Source: Ostreococcus lucimarinus
Lineage: Eukaryota
Direction: 5' to 3' (one strand)
Length of the DNA stretch: 64,000 nt
Assembly (NCBI GenBank): GCA_000092065.1
Contig: CP000582.1
Below the pieces are notes generated by a model. That model did no database searches and was not told the DNA's origin. It saw nothing but the letters and a program-made list of their open reading frames with translations. Positions 20,962 to 31,551 of the stretch are shown in pieces (position 1 is the first letter of the stretch; the number at the start of each line of letters is the position of its first letter). The position numbers were made by a program, and so were the translations under genes.

Positions 20962-22992
20962 CTATGCCAAATCTACTCTTAGAGAAACAATCTTCTGAGC
21001 ATCACTCTCTGATAGTTTCCACGAAGACTGATGCCTCATATCAACCAGATAATTTTCAACTTCGTTTTGAGTCTCTGCACTCAATACGACACTAAGTTGT
21101 GTAAGACGTGCAAAATTTTCTCTCACTCGAAAACTGCTCGCACCCGATAGCCCAGAAATCATTACTCGTAGTTCTCGCTCGAACTTTAAAGCACCTAAAT
21201 GATTAAAGCTTAAACGCGTTTTCACAATATTTTCCAGTCGTGTCGATAAGCCTTCGCTTGCGAGCTGGATAAAGAGCTCAGAACTTTCCTTGATCATCAC
21301 TTTTGTCGCCACGCGGAAATGGTGCAAGAGAAAGACCAATATATCACTTACCCACGATTCAGTACGCTCAACAGTCTGGTAAGCTTCTTCTGATATTATG
21401 TAGCTTCCGCGTGCGAACTGCTCACATACAGTCGATAACTGATTCAGGCGTTCACGTACCAAGTTAGACACACATGAAACATGCCAGCTGTTGAGCTCAT
21501 CATATAAAATTCTCAAACTAACAAGGCTATTCGTTAGTTCACTCGTATCAAAACCTGTCGTGAAAATCTTAGACATCATGCACTCCACATCCTTTATGAG
21601 CTCTTGTATGCGAATCGACATGGTACTTGTGGCATTCATGGCTAAGACTGCGTTGTGCACACCGGCGGTAACATTTGATGTGCTACTCATGCCCTTATTT
21701 TCGATCCAAAATACCTCTGCAATAACCTCTACACTCTGATTCAGATACACTTTCATCGTTTGTTCTGAGAAATCTGTGAGAAACTTGTTCACCGTGCGTA
21801 AAATTGTTGCGATGATATGTGGCTCTGTCAACGCAAAAGCCCGCCTTGTACTCCGACCAATAACAAAAAAAACGTCATCCAATGAAACATTTTGTGCTCC
21901 ATCATGGTGCGCGTTATACGCTTCATAGAACGTTTGCATACTCACCTTGAAGTGTTTTTCTTCAAGTTTCACATAATATTCTGCGAGCGTGTGCAGCACT
22001 GGAAAAACTTCGCGGCAGTCTTGACTAACCACCGTGTGAAGCGGCGGATTGTCATACTCCATTGTTAACGGAAACTTCACAAATATCACATGCTGTGCTT
22101 TACATATTCTGTTGACCAGGACGATATCTTCCACGGCTGTGTCTAACTGTACCAAGTTATCAAATTTTATCGTCAAATTGTCCAGAACACAAGTTTTCAA
22201 GTGGTCATCATATTCGACCAAAAATTTTTCAACTAGCGAAGACCAAGTACCGACAATCGCGGCAAAAACAAAACTAACCGCTTCAGAAGGCTTTCTTTCT
22301 TTCGAATATGTTTGCAGTTGCGACAAAAAGCTTCGGATAGTCTCGTACAAGGTATTGAGAGGCAACATGCTCACTCTCGCTGGTATTTGCCCCCTGTCCA
22401 AATTCATATTTTGCGCATTTTCGTATCTTGCAACCATAGTCTCGCGAATTGACGTAGTGACGGCATCTTCGACAACGTGATGGAGCTCTATTCTAACCAA
22501 TTTATCCACTATATGGAGAACATTCACAAGATCATCAACCACGAGTGCTGACTGACAATAACTCGACGTAGCATTCCGAACAAAGCAGTGTACACTAGTC
22601 AAGGAACTCTCAATGTCAATGTCGGTTTTTGAGCGCACGTTTGATCGCGACTTATGTAATCTAAGCAAATCTTCGTACGCATTCAACGCTTCGATTAAGT
22701 CCCCTTCGTTTGTTTTCTCTGCTAATTTCTCTGTGAGTATAAGAAGTTCCTGGTTGAATTGCAATATCTGGCGAACACGCAGTGCGTTCAAGAGTGCATT
22801 TGAGAACTTATGCAGATCTTTCGTGATAGCTTGGCCAGTACTGCTACGCTGTACATGTTTGCCTTCCCTTGTTGCGCTATGCTCAAAGTAAAGCTCGTCG
22901 AGCCACGCTGACTGGCGATCTTTCTCCATGTAGTCGTCTTGTATACTTTTAGGGTCGACGTATCCAATCTTGCGATAGATGCGTCGTCCCAA
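20962..22992 (-). CDS. COG4: Conserved oligomeric Golgi complex subunit 4 (COG4)-like.
   Basis: C-terminal RENFARLTQLSVVLSAETQNEVENYLVDMRHQSSWKLSESDAQKIVSLRVDL aligns with the COG4 C-terminal domain (RDKFARLSQMATILNLE...[20 protein letters not shown]). A long helical body lies upstream. The N-terminus may have further exons. Confidence 0.7.
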   Translation of the reverse strand: MGRRIYRKIGYVDPKSIQDDYMEKDRQSAWLDELYFEHSATREGKHVQRSSTGQAITKDLHKFSNALLNALRVRQILQFNQELLILTEKLAEKTNEGDLIEALNAYEDLLRLHKSRSNVRSKTDIDIESSLTSVHCFVRNATSSYCQSALVVDDLVNVLHIVDKLVRIELHHVVEDAVTTSIRETMVARYENAQNMNLDRGQIPARVSMLPLNTLYETIRSFLSQLQTYSKERKPSEAVSFVFAAIVGTWSSLVEKFLVEYDDHLKTCVLDNLTIKFDNLVQLDTAVEDIVLVNRICKAQHVIFVKFPLTMEYDNPPLHTVVSQDCREVFPVLHTLAEYYVKLEEKHFKVSMQTFYEAYNAHHDGAQNVSLDDVFFVIGRSTRRAFALTEPHIIATILRTVNKFLTDFSEQTMKVYLNQSVEVIAEVFWIENKGMSSTSNVTAGVHNAVLAMNATSTMSIRIQELIKDVECMMSKIFTTGFDTSELTNSLVSLRILYDELNSWHVSCVSNLVRERLNQLSTVCEQFARGSYIISEEAYQTVERTESWVSDILVFLLHHFRVATKVMIKESSELFIQLASEGLSTRLENIVKTRLSFNHLGALKFERELRVMISGLSGASSFRVRENFARLTQLSVVLSAETQNEVENYLVDMRHQSSWKLSESDAQKIVSLRVDLA

Positions 22993-23107
22993 ACTCGCGA
23001 TTGCGAGTGGAAACAGCCAGCTACTATGCTGCTATCCACCTATCCACCCGCAAAGTCAGGGTCACCGACGTACAGTCCACCGTGACTGCTCAGATATTCA
23101 GGCAGGG

Positions 23108-23114
23108 AAAAAAA
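23108..23114 (-). terminator. T7 run on the minus strand, a candidate RNA polymerase III terminator downstream of the permuted tRNA-Leu unit.
   Basis: Plus strand reads ggcagggAAAAAAAttatgc, which is TTTTTTT on the minus strand. It lies about 55 nt past the end of the 5' half. A TTTT run lies even closer. Confidence 0.35.
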
Positions 23115-23166
23115 TTATGCGGGCGCGCCATCTCTATCTATTGGAGAAAATTTTCACACAATACGA

Positions 23167-23274
23167 CTTAAATCCACCCCCTTAGACCACTCGGGCATCC
23201 TGGCGCTTTTTCCTTCTTTTTCGTCTTTCTGCCAGGAATGGGGTTCGAACCCATGCGCACATTGTACAGTGGGT
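23167..23274 (-). tRNA. tRNA-Leu(UAA): Circularly permuted tRNA-Leu(UAA) gene. The 3' half (23230..23274) precedes the 5' half (23167..23204), with a 25-nt linker.
   Basis: On the minus strand the 3' half is A-CCCAC (positions 38-43), variable arm TGTACAATGTGCGC, T-arm ATGGG-TTCGAAC-CCCAT, acceptor 3' strand TCCTGGC, discriminator A. The linker is GAAAGACGAAAAAGAAGGAAAAAGC. The 5' half is GCCAGGA TG CCC-GAGTGGTCTAA-GGG G GTGGA TTTAAG, ending at position 37 with anticodon TAA. Acceptor strands pair 7/7. T-arm and acceptor closely resemble human tRNA-Leu-TAA. No 5' half lies upstream of the 3' half, and no T-arm lies downstream of the 5' half. One A-C mismatch sits at the 31-39 pair. Confidence 0.55.
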
Positions 23275-23425
23275 AGTTCGTATTTGACGAGTCACGAAGA
23301 CAGTGCAGCCCACACACCAAAGTTGAACTATGTTGCTACGGTGTTCTTGACCCCTCCGTGCGAGGTCGCTTGTCGCCACACTGACTCCAGCGTCACTCTC
23401 CGGTGGTAGAACTTGAGGACTTGCA

Positions 23426-24430
23426 ATGAATACTTGTGGTTCACCGATAGCGAGACCACTTCACTGTAAGCATGTCTTTCATATGTCTAGACGGCCTGGG
23501 CGCCGCATGATGCTACACTCTAGCCGAGACGACGATGTCTATGTTTCACGCATTTACGAGGCCCTAAAACTGCAGTACGGCGAAACCAGCGCAAAACGCG
23601 TTCTGCAAAGTCTTTCGTTCGCGGCCGCAGGCCAAGAATACACTCGCTTCCATCCTGATAAAGGTTTGCAAAAGGCTTCGTCTTACATAACAGGACTATC
23701 AGCTGAACCCTTTCACGATGTCAGTTCACCCCATTTCACTTGGATGATGCGACTTGAAGAAGAATACTCCATCATTCGAGATGAACTAAACAGTGCGCTT
23801 CTAAACCCACGACTAACGACGCTTGGAAATCACATTTGGGCGTCGGCGGCAAGGGAGGAAGCGATTGCATACGGCCCCGACTGGAAGACCCTTGTACTAC
23901 AAGACCGCTGTGTCTGGGAAGACACAAATTGTAAGTTGTTTCCAAAGACAGTCGAACTTTTGCGGAAAAATTCTGTACCATCTGTCGAAGTGTTTTTCGC
24001 GCGACAAGCACCAGACACGGGGATAAAACCGCACACCGATAACACAAACTTCATACTCACATCGCACTTGGGCTTGGACGTTCCTGAAGGCGAATGCTGG
24101 ATGAAAGTCGGGGAGTTTAAACGTGAATGGATGAATGGTCGTGGTATGATCGCAGATACAAGTTTCATACACAGTACCGCGAATGAAAGCCGAACACAAA
24201 CACGTTACGTTCTCATAGTTCGTTTCTGGCATCCTGATCTCACTCCCGAAGAGTGCTGTGCATTGCAGTTTCTTTTTGATGCGTTGAACGAATCTTCAGA
24301 AGATGGCATCGCCAATGCAATGAAACTTGCGACCAAACGTCAGGGCAAATCGAAGCCAGTTTTGGGAAAGGCGAGCAAAAAGCGGGAGAAAGCTGGTGGT
24401 TTAGGTTTGCTAGCAAAGGGCATGAAGTAA
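23426..24430 (+). CDS. Aspartyl/asparaginyl beta-hydroxylase family protein (2OG-Fe(II) oxygenase, AspH/LpxO-like).
   Basis: Cupin core with the HxD...H iron triad in GIKPHTDNTNFILTSHLGL. Also WMMRLEEEY, CKLFPKTVELL, YVLIVRFWHPDLTPEE. The exact start codon is uncertain. Confidence 0.7.
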   Translation: MNTCGSPIARPLHCKHVFHMSRRPGRRMMLHSSRDDDVYVSRIYEALKLQYGETSAKRVLQSLSFAAAGQEYTRFHPDKGLQKASSYITGLSAEPFHDVSSPHFTWMMRLEEEYSIIRDELNSALLNPRLTTLGNHIWASAAREEAIAYGPDWKTLVLQDRCVWEDTNCKLFPKTVELLRKNSVPSVEVFFARQAPDTGIKPHTDNTNFILTSHLGLDVPEGECWMKVGEFKREWMNGRGMIADTSFIHSTANESRTQTRYVLIVRFWHPDLTPEECCALQFLFDALNESSEDGIANAMKLATKRQGKSKPVLGKASKKREKAGGLGLLAKGMK

Positions 24431-24609
24431 ACATTCGAGTTGGCCCTCACATAGAGCTATTGAAAGCTCGACGTACCGTTAAAGATTTCTTATTAACAAT
24501 TTTGCCGCTTAACAAGTCGAAGTCGCGCAGTTCGTCCCATAGATGAGAAATCGTACAGAGACAGTGATATATTTGCGAAATTATCTCTACAGCATTTCTC
24601 TTCTTGCTA

Positions 24610-25539
24610 TCACGCCTTCTTGGTGTGTTTTTTCCTGAGCTTCGCGGTGGCGATGTGCTTGGAGTAATAGAAATGTCCAAACAGCGCCAGCAGGCTAATC
24701 ATGTAAAAAAGGAGTATCTTTGACAAGAACTTCGGGTATTCTGAAAAATATGCACAGTACACGGCCTGTAACAGATTGCATAGAAATTGAAGCATCTGCA
24801 TCTGCGTCAAATGTCGACCCCACCAAAGGTACTTAACACGTTTGTCGTTGTTTTTCCCGATCAGAGCCGATAGCAGATAGTACGTGTACATGCACACGTG
24901 TACCCAAGAGTTCAGTGCTGCACTGAAGTAAGCATCCCCACCCGGAGCTCGACGTGCGATCATCCACCATATAAACGAAATAGTGCTGTGATGGTAGACA
25001 TGCAAAAAGCTTACTTGGCGTAAGTTTCTCTTCAGTAGCATTATGAATGTATCAACGAACTCATATATCTTGCTCACGTAAAAGAGGTAGATGTAAAACG
25101 CAAGCTGCTTTTCATTCACGTTGAACTTATTTCCCCATAGCTTATATCCACTTTTGTATGCTTCGACGATACAACCGATGCACATATACAAACTTAGTAA
25201 TATGAGGAATGCATTGTGGCAAATCACCGATGCTTTTAACCATGTGGGATCCCAAATCTTTGTGTTTGTTGTTGCGGATAAGACGCGGTACGATACAACG
25301 ACCGTGACCAAGTACACGAGAAGGCTGGTGATCAGAGGAGTTGGTGAGGTTATGGCGGGTAAATGTGAGGTGGTGGGGCTCAGCGGGTCGAGCTCCCAGC
25401 CTAACCAGTCAGCGCAGGAGAAAACTACTTTCGAAATGATTGAGTCCCACGCCTTCCAGTAGTGTCGCAACATCGGGTAGGTAGTTTGCTCGCTCCAATC
25501 GTCGATACGTGAAGATGAGGCGCAGGAAGAGATTGCCAC
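24610..25539 (-). CDS. Fatty acid elongase, ELO/ELOVL family.
   Basis: ELO His box LHVYHHSTISFIWW, several transmembrane helices, and a C-terminal lysine-rich ER retention-like tail KLRKKHTKKA. Confidence 0.85.
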   Translation of the reverse strand: MAISSCASSSRIDDWSEQTTYPMLRHYWKAWDSIISKVVFSCADWLGWELDPLSPTTSHLPAITSPTPLITSLLVYLVTVVVSYRVLSATTNTKIWDPTWLKASVICHNAFLILLSLYMCIGCIVEAYKSGYKLWGNKFNVNEKQLAFYIYLFYVSKIYEFVDTFIMLLKRNLRQVSFLHVYHHSTISFIWWMIARRAPGGDAYFSAALNSWVHVCMYTYYLLSALIGKNNDKRVKYLWWGRHLTQMQMLQFLCNLLQAVYCAYFSEYPKFLSKILLFYMISLLALFGHFYYSKHIATAKLRKKHTKKA

Positions 25540-25734
25540 CTACTGTCGAGAAGTTTGGAGTCGGGGGACGCTCTACGTTTCCACGATAAGCAGCGGTATC
25601 GGGTCGGCGCGTTCAGTGCCGCCGCTTGTCTTGTCTTTTGACGCACTCCGCAAAACCACATGATGTCTTCGTACTGTGCAACCGCGGTTCCCTATTTTAA
25701 TGACGTGGATTTAGCTTACTTACTGTTAACATTA

Positions 25735-25890
25735 ACAGTATCCGTATGTATTACTTTCCACGCCCTAATGTATGGGGTGTTAGCACTTCTCGATCGCCAC
25801 GCGCGCGTTGTGGCGTCGTCGCGAGTTATTAGCACTTCGACGGCGCGCACATATTAGGGACGTGGAAAGTAATACATACTGATAACATTA
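25735..25890. repeat. Imperfect inverted repeat of about 25-35 bp arms flanking a roughly 90-bp core, possibly a MITE-like element.
   Basis: Left arm ...CCGTATGTATTACTTTCCACGCCC; right arm GGGACGTGGAAAGTAATACATACTGATAACATTA. The internal region repeats TTAGCACTTC twice. It sits in the intergenic region upstream of the elongase gene. Confidence 0.35.
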
Positions 25891-26743
25891 CTAAAAGCAA
25901 TATCATATCATATGATATCGACTCAACATGCTATACAAGTATTGTCCTTGAAATTTTGTGTCCTGAGGTGTTGTGTTCGACAGTTCGACGCTGAGGGTAA
26001 CAGGCGCCGCTCGTCAACGCACACCTGTGGCAGTTCCTCTACGCCTGTGTTCTGACTATCAAACGCTACAGATAGCTCACATTTCTCGCAAGCTGGTGAT
26101 CGCTCATCTCGAGCACAGCGCATTCTTTGAATTCGTGTTGCAGTACCTCACACCAACTTCAAATGCATGCCAAGTTTGTTGTACTTGAAATACAGGCGAG
26201 CTATCTTCACGTAGCGCATCCGAAGCAGACTAATTATTATAAGTAGGGACGAATTACTCCGCACGTGACTGCCGAAAAATTCTGCAAATGCTCACTCTTA
26301 AAAGACGTACGCCGGTGTCCAGCCTCTTCTTTCACTATCTTACCCTATCGGTGTAGACAATGCTTCTAAGCGTAGGACAGCATGAAGTAATCGGTGAGTC
26401 ACTTGAAAAAGTCTCAGAATGCAAAGCTTAAAATGCAGATACAGGCAAAGAAGATCCGAAGCATAAACAATTAGTTTTACTGAAAACTAGCTGTGACGCA
26501 GCTGCAACAAGTTTCAGATTACAGGGATCAATTTCTAAACGATACAAATTTGAAACTCGCCCGAATGTAAAAATGTGACCCGGTTATTCGATTATTAGCC
26601 ATAGCTACCAGATCTCGCGGTCGATGCATGTTGACTAGGTACTAGGTACATTATGCGTGCAAAGTTGAAGTGGCTCTTTCACTTGCGAACGAGAACACTA
26701 ATATGTGGGAGTTTCTACTTTCGATGCTTTAAGTCAAAGCGAA

Positions 26744-27735
26744 AGTGTTTGCGTAAACACTTCGCCTGTATCTTTGTTGCGAGTTAAGTAGAACATTTCG
26801 ACTTTGTCACTTGTCAAATTGACACAGTCCATAGTTTTTTGTAATACTTTGCAAGCGACGGATTTTGCTTCATCTATGCTGAGCCCTTCGGTAAAATCGG
26901 TTTTCAGCATAGAACGCGCCGCTTGATGACTTGCACCAATAGCTGCTGCCTGAGAAACAGATGACGTCGTTCACGCTTGTAAAATATCTAGGCATACCTT
27001 CCAAGCACTGTAATTGCCGGATGGCTCACTATGATACAGTTGGAATCCGTTCCGCCCGTCGCTGCACTGTGTTAAGCCGTTGTGATTTAAAATCTCGAAA
27101 ACGCTTACCAACCCGCAAAGAGAAAAGCAACTCCGTACGGCCGAAGGCCACCGAATTGTGTGTATCCTTGTTTGTGATCGCTCAATTCTTGCACAAGATT
27201 CTCCACTGGGATCAATGTCCCATATCGTGCTCTGTAGCGCCCAGCAATCACTCTTTAAGGCTCGGTTAGAAGAGGAATCCAGTATTTAGACACAAATTTA
27301 CCTCGCAAAATTTATCAGAATCATCGCGTCTGCGTTCAGTCCAGCGATTGCAGCGACTATATGCTGGTCTATTTTCCAAAGTTTTTCTGGCGTACTACTT
27401 TGCTCGAGAAGCTGCATAAGACAAGCTCAACTCTTCAGACTATAAATCATGCAATCAAGATCTACCTTCGACATAATCTTTTTCTCGGAAGCAAGCAATA
27501 TGCCATTCTCTGTGTGCAGACCTATGCACGTTCCAGCATGGTTCACCGACTCGAGAGCATACTCCACCTAGTCATGCATCTGTGAACATGGTAACGTGTG
27601 ATCAGTCAAATCTAGACGAACCTGGAAAAGACGACCTTCTGGACTAAACGTTGTCGTCCGCGAGTCGTATCTAGGATCGCAGTTAATTGTATCTGTAGGC
27701 GCACAAAAGTTGCCTCTGTCTCACCTGCGAGCCAT
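26744..27735 (-). CDS. Proteasome subunit alpha, alpha-1/PSMA6-like, about seven exons.
   Basis: Joined minus-strand exons give MAR|RYDSRTTTFSPEGRLFQ|VEYALESVNHAGTCIGLHTENGILLASEKKIMSK|LLEQSSTPEKLWKIDQHIVAAIAGLNADAMILINFAR|VIAGRYRARYGTLIPVENLVQELSDHKQGYTQFGGLRPYGVAFLFAGW|CSDGRNGFQLYHSEPSGNYSAWK|AAAIGASHQAARSMLK.... TFSPEGRL.QVEYA, YTQ.GG.RP.G and the AIG.....A block match PSMA6. Confidence 0.8.
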
Positions 27736-28154
27736 TAGAATAAGAGCTGTTCGCACAAAAAGCTCGCGGCGCAAGTTGAACGCCGTGCGATGCCACTGAT
27801 CGCAAATTGTTCAAATGTTGTTGTGGCCACGCGTCGCGAAGGAATGTCGTCGAGCCTTCGGTTCCACAAGTTCGCTCGTTCTCCGACCATCGGACATTCC
27901 AACCTGCAGACCTGTGGAACCAGTCGGAAAAAAATATCCGTTTTACTCGCAACCGTGCACATATTATACTGCGTTTGGATCATATCACTGATTTACTCTT
28001 TTTTCCCGTAGAACAGCATCGAAGGGACCTTCGAACCCTGCCTAGGTCATCACGCGGCGGCGTCACCGCGCCACTTCTCGCGCCGTCTTGTACAGCGTGC
28101 GACTGAGGCGCTCTCAAGCAACTGGAAAAGTTTCATAAGTCTGCGATCGCCATA

Positions 28155-30355
28155 ATGTACGCAAGCTCACCACATATCCTCACAAAAAGCACACGAACGT
28201 TCTCAGTTCAAGGTGCCGCCGCCTCGAGCCGCGCTCAAAGGACCTTCGGTGCTGGACGCTCTGTTGACCTCTCTACCCGCAAGCTGACACCCGGCATTGA
28301 TGTGTTGAAATCTCGACGTTACTCCGCGCGCGTCGCGCGGAAGCAGTCGTTGTGTGTTCGCGCCGAAAAGGTGGTCGGTATCGATCTCGGAACTACAAAC
28401 TCAGCGGTAAGTAAGCTTTTATGCTGAACGAGCCCTGCGTTGTGTGAATGTTGAAGAGAACGTTCTACATTTTTCGCTAAATTCAAGATACTTACCGACA
28501 TATATTTTTTGTTCCACAGGTTGCCGCAATGGAAGGTGGCTCTCCCACTATAGTTACAAATGCTGAAGGCGGACGTACGACACCTTCAGTTGTTGCGTAT
28601 ACGAAGACTGGTGACCGCTTGGTCGGACAAATCGCGAAGCGACAGGGGGTCGTGAATCCTGAAAACACCTTCTTTTCTGTCAAACGTTTCATCGGTCGCA
28701 AAATGGACGAAGTAAACAGTGAGTCTAAAGAGATTCCATACTCTGTTGTCAACAGTGCCGGTAAGGTGAAAATTGAGTGCCCGGCACTTGGAAAGCAGTT
28801 TGCAGCCGAAGAAATCTCCGCTCAAGTGCTTCGCAAGTTGTGCGATGATGCGGCTAGTTTTCTTGGCGATGCAGTAACAAAAGCTGTGGTTACTGTGCCG
28901 GCGTACTTCAATGATAGTCAACGACAGGCTACTAAGGATGCTGGCCAGATTGCGGGTATTGAAGTTTTGCGAATTATCAATGAACCGACAGCAGCCTCAC
29001 TTGCTTACGGTTTTGATCGTAAGTCGAACGAGACTATTTTGATTTTCGATTTAGGAGGTGGTACGTTCGATGTATCTGTTCTTGAAGTCGGAGATGGTGT
29101 CTTCGAGGTTCTGTCAACTTCCGGCGATACTCACCTCGGCGGTGATGATTTCGACAAGCGTATCGTGGAGTGGTTGGCAGGCGACTTTGAAAAATCTGAG
29201 GGCATCGATCTCATGAGTGATAAACAAGCGTTACAAAGACTGACCGAGGCTGCTGAGAAGGCGAAAATGGAACTGTCAACCACTTCGTCAACGTCCATTT
29301 CGCTGCCTTTCATTACTGCCACGGCAGATGGACCAAAACACATCGACACTTCTCTCACCAGACCAAAATTCGAGCAACTATGCGATGATCTGATTAATCG
29401 TTGCAAAGTTCCTGTTCAGCAAGCGCTGAAAGACGCGAAGTTAAGTCTAGCGGAAGTTGACGAAGTGATTCTTGTTGGAGGCTCAACACGCATACCTGCT
29501 ATCCGCGAATTGGTCAAGAGTCTCACTAAGAAGGAACCGAACATGAGCGTAAACCCCGATGAAGTCGTAGCACTTGGCGCCGCTGTGCAAGCTGGGGTAC
29601 TCGCTGGTGAAGTCTCGGACATCGTTCTACTTGATGTGACTCCGTTATCCCTTGGCCTTGAAACGTTAGGAGGGGTGATGACAAAACTTATACCTCGAAA
29701 CACAACACTTCCCACATCGAAGTCAGAAGTGTTTTCCACGGCCGCTGACGGACAGACCAGCGTCGAAATCAATGTTTTACAAGGCGAGCGCGAATTCGTC
29801 AAAGATAACAAGAGTCTTGGAAACTTTAGACTGGACGGCATACCCTCTGCTCCTCGTGGTGTACCGCAGATTGAGGTCAAGTTCGACATAGATGCTAACG
29901 GTATCCTTTCGGTCGAAGCTTGCGACAAGGGCACGGGCAAGAAACAGGACATTAAAATCACTGGAGCTTCTACGCTTTCGTCTGATGAAGTCGATCGCAT
30001 GGTCGCCGATGCGGAAAAATTTGCAAGCGAAGATGCAGCAAAGCGCGAACAAGTCGAGGTGCGAAACAGTGCTGATTCTATGGTTTACCAAACCGAAAAA
30101 CAAGTGCAAGAACTCGATGAAAAAATACCGCAAGATGTCAAAGAAAAAGTTCTTGAAAAAGTTGCTGAGCTCAAGCAAGCCATAGCGAGTGATGACTTAG
30201 AGAAGATGAAAACCGCACAAGAAGATTTGCAACAGCAAGTTATGGCGATGGGCCAGGCGATGTATCAAGGGACTGGTTCTGAAACCGGACAAGAAGCTTC
30301 GACTGATCCTTCTCAAGATGATGTCATAGATGCAGAGTTTTCCAGCGATAAATAA
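28155..30355 (+). CDS. cpHSP70: Plastid stromal Hsp70 (DnaK-type). Two exons: 28155..28406 (transit peptide and start of the ATPase domain) and 28520..30355.
   Basis: Mature N-terminus [13 protein letters not shown]|[60 protein letters not shown] is almost identical to plant and algal chloroplast Hsc70, and differs from mitochondrial and cytosolic forms. Signatures DLGGGTFD and [13 protein letters not shown] are present. The N-terminal 70 aa are Ser/Thr/Arg-rich with no signal peptide, so a primary-plastid transit peptide. Intron GTAAGT..CACAG. Confidence 0.9.
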
Positions 30356-30659
30356 GTTCACTTCGACTTGGCGAATTTCTCCCGGTCTTGCTTCTCAGTG
30401 AAATGATTTAATGATACGCACGCCGAACATTCTTTCCGACCTCACTTCACCGCACTTCGCATTTTCTCGAGCAATGAACGTGCACTTTCTCTTGTTGCAG
30501 GGAGTTTGTCGTGAACCTAAATATGAACCATTTATTCAGTTTGTACGAAATACTCGTAGAAAGCAATCCGTACCAGGGCCTCTAATTTCCGTTCCCAGAC
30601 TGCCCGCGTGCCCTCGCCCTTGAAATGACTTGAACCATATACTTCATAATCACTCAAAT

Positions 30660-31250
30660 TCAACTCACCTCACAAATAGTCCCAAACGACTCACCGGGAA
30701 GAGAATCATTCAAATTCTGCATCAGAACGCTTCGAAAACTTGCGTTTGGATTATCAACATTTTCTAAAGACAAGTTCACAAGTGTAAGCGACAAATTAGT
30801 CGACAACGCTGCCAGTGCTTTCCTTGCTTCGACAGCCACAAATTTCTTCCCCGATGAGTTCATCTCAATCAAATTACAGAAGCATCGCTGGATCGAATCT
30901 TCATCCTTCAGTATCTTGGACGTATCGTATCCATCGATGATCTCTGTTGCGCAGAGTAGGGCTGACTTGCTTACAACACTTCGCAGGTTTCGCATTTGTT
31001 GCAATATTGAGTGCAGTGCTGGTTCAGCATGGCTCTCGAACGCATCTTTATGGAAGCGAACAAGACGTCGAATATATAGCATCGCATTGCATGATATCAT
31101 CCACTCTTTGCTACTTACCTCACTCACAACACGCGCAATCGAAGTGCCGGGTTCTTCACAAGATGAGAGTTGGTCGGAACTTACATAGAAGGACGAAACA
31201 TCCACTTGGGGAGGCTCGTCTTCTCTCGCCAACACGCCCCTCTCTGGCAT
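30660..31250 (-). CDS. ARM/HEAT-repeat (TOG-like) protein, function unknown. May have extra exons.
   Basis: The 196-aa ORF has helical-repeat character (KEWMISCNAMLYIRRLVRFHKDAFESHAEPALHSILQQMRNLRSVVSKSALLCATEII). No specific family assigned. Confidence 0.35.
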   Translation of the reverse strand: MPERGVLAREDEPPQVDVSSFYVSSDQLSSCEEPGTSIARVVSEVSSKEWMISCNAMLYIRRLVRFHKDAFESHAEPALHSILQQMRNLRSVVSKSALLCATEIIDGYDTSKILKDEDSIQRCFCNLIEMNSSGKKFVAVEARKALAALSTNLSLTLVNLSLENVDNPNASFRSVLMQNLNDSLPGESFGTICEVS

Positions 31251-31551
31251 AGCGATTCAGATTTGGATTACCGTAAAATGAGATAAGCACGAGATGAGCA
31301 GTGACGCTCGTGGACTGTAAGAGCGTCTACACGGACGCGCCCGGGCTGAGACCTGAAGTATCCCGTCGAGCTAAAATGTCTGAAGTGTCTGAATGCTTCA
31401 ATATAGATACGGGTTTTCTGCTGTTTGTACTGTATTTTGTACCGAACATCGCGGGTTGGTATTACCTAGCGTACAAACAACTGCACGTATACAATCAAAT
31501 ACGACAGAGAGCGTCACCTGTCGGAGCAGGACAGTAGGGCGTGCTGCGAAG

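Noticed and set aside
23231-23265. First reading of GGGGTTCGAACCC as the T-arm of an ordinary tRNA, on either strand.
   Set aside because: No complementary 5' acceptor or D-arm exists upstream on either strand, so a canonical tRNA cannot be built. The complementary 5' half was found downstream on the minus strand. The locus was reinterpreted as a permuted tRNA-Leu, and the same was found for tRNA-Ser.
29416-30178. Long minus-strand ORFs (194 aa and 133 aa) inside the plastid Hsp70 gene.
   Set aside because: They are antisense to a strongly conserved CDS. Low-complexity Ser/Ala-rich translation is typical of the reverse frame of a GC-balanced gene.
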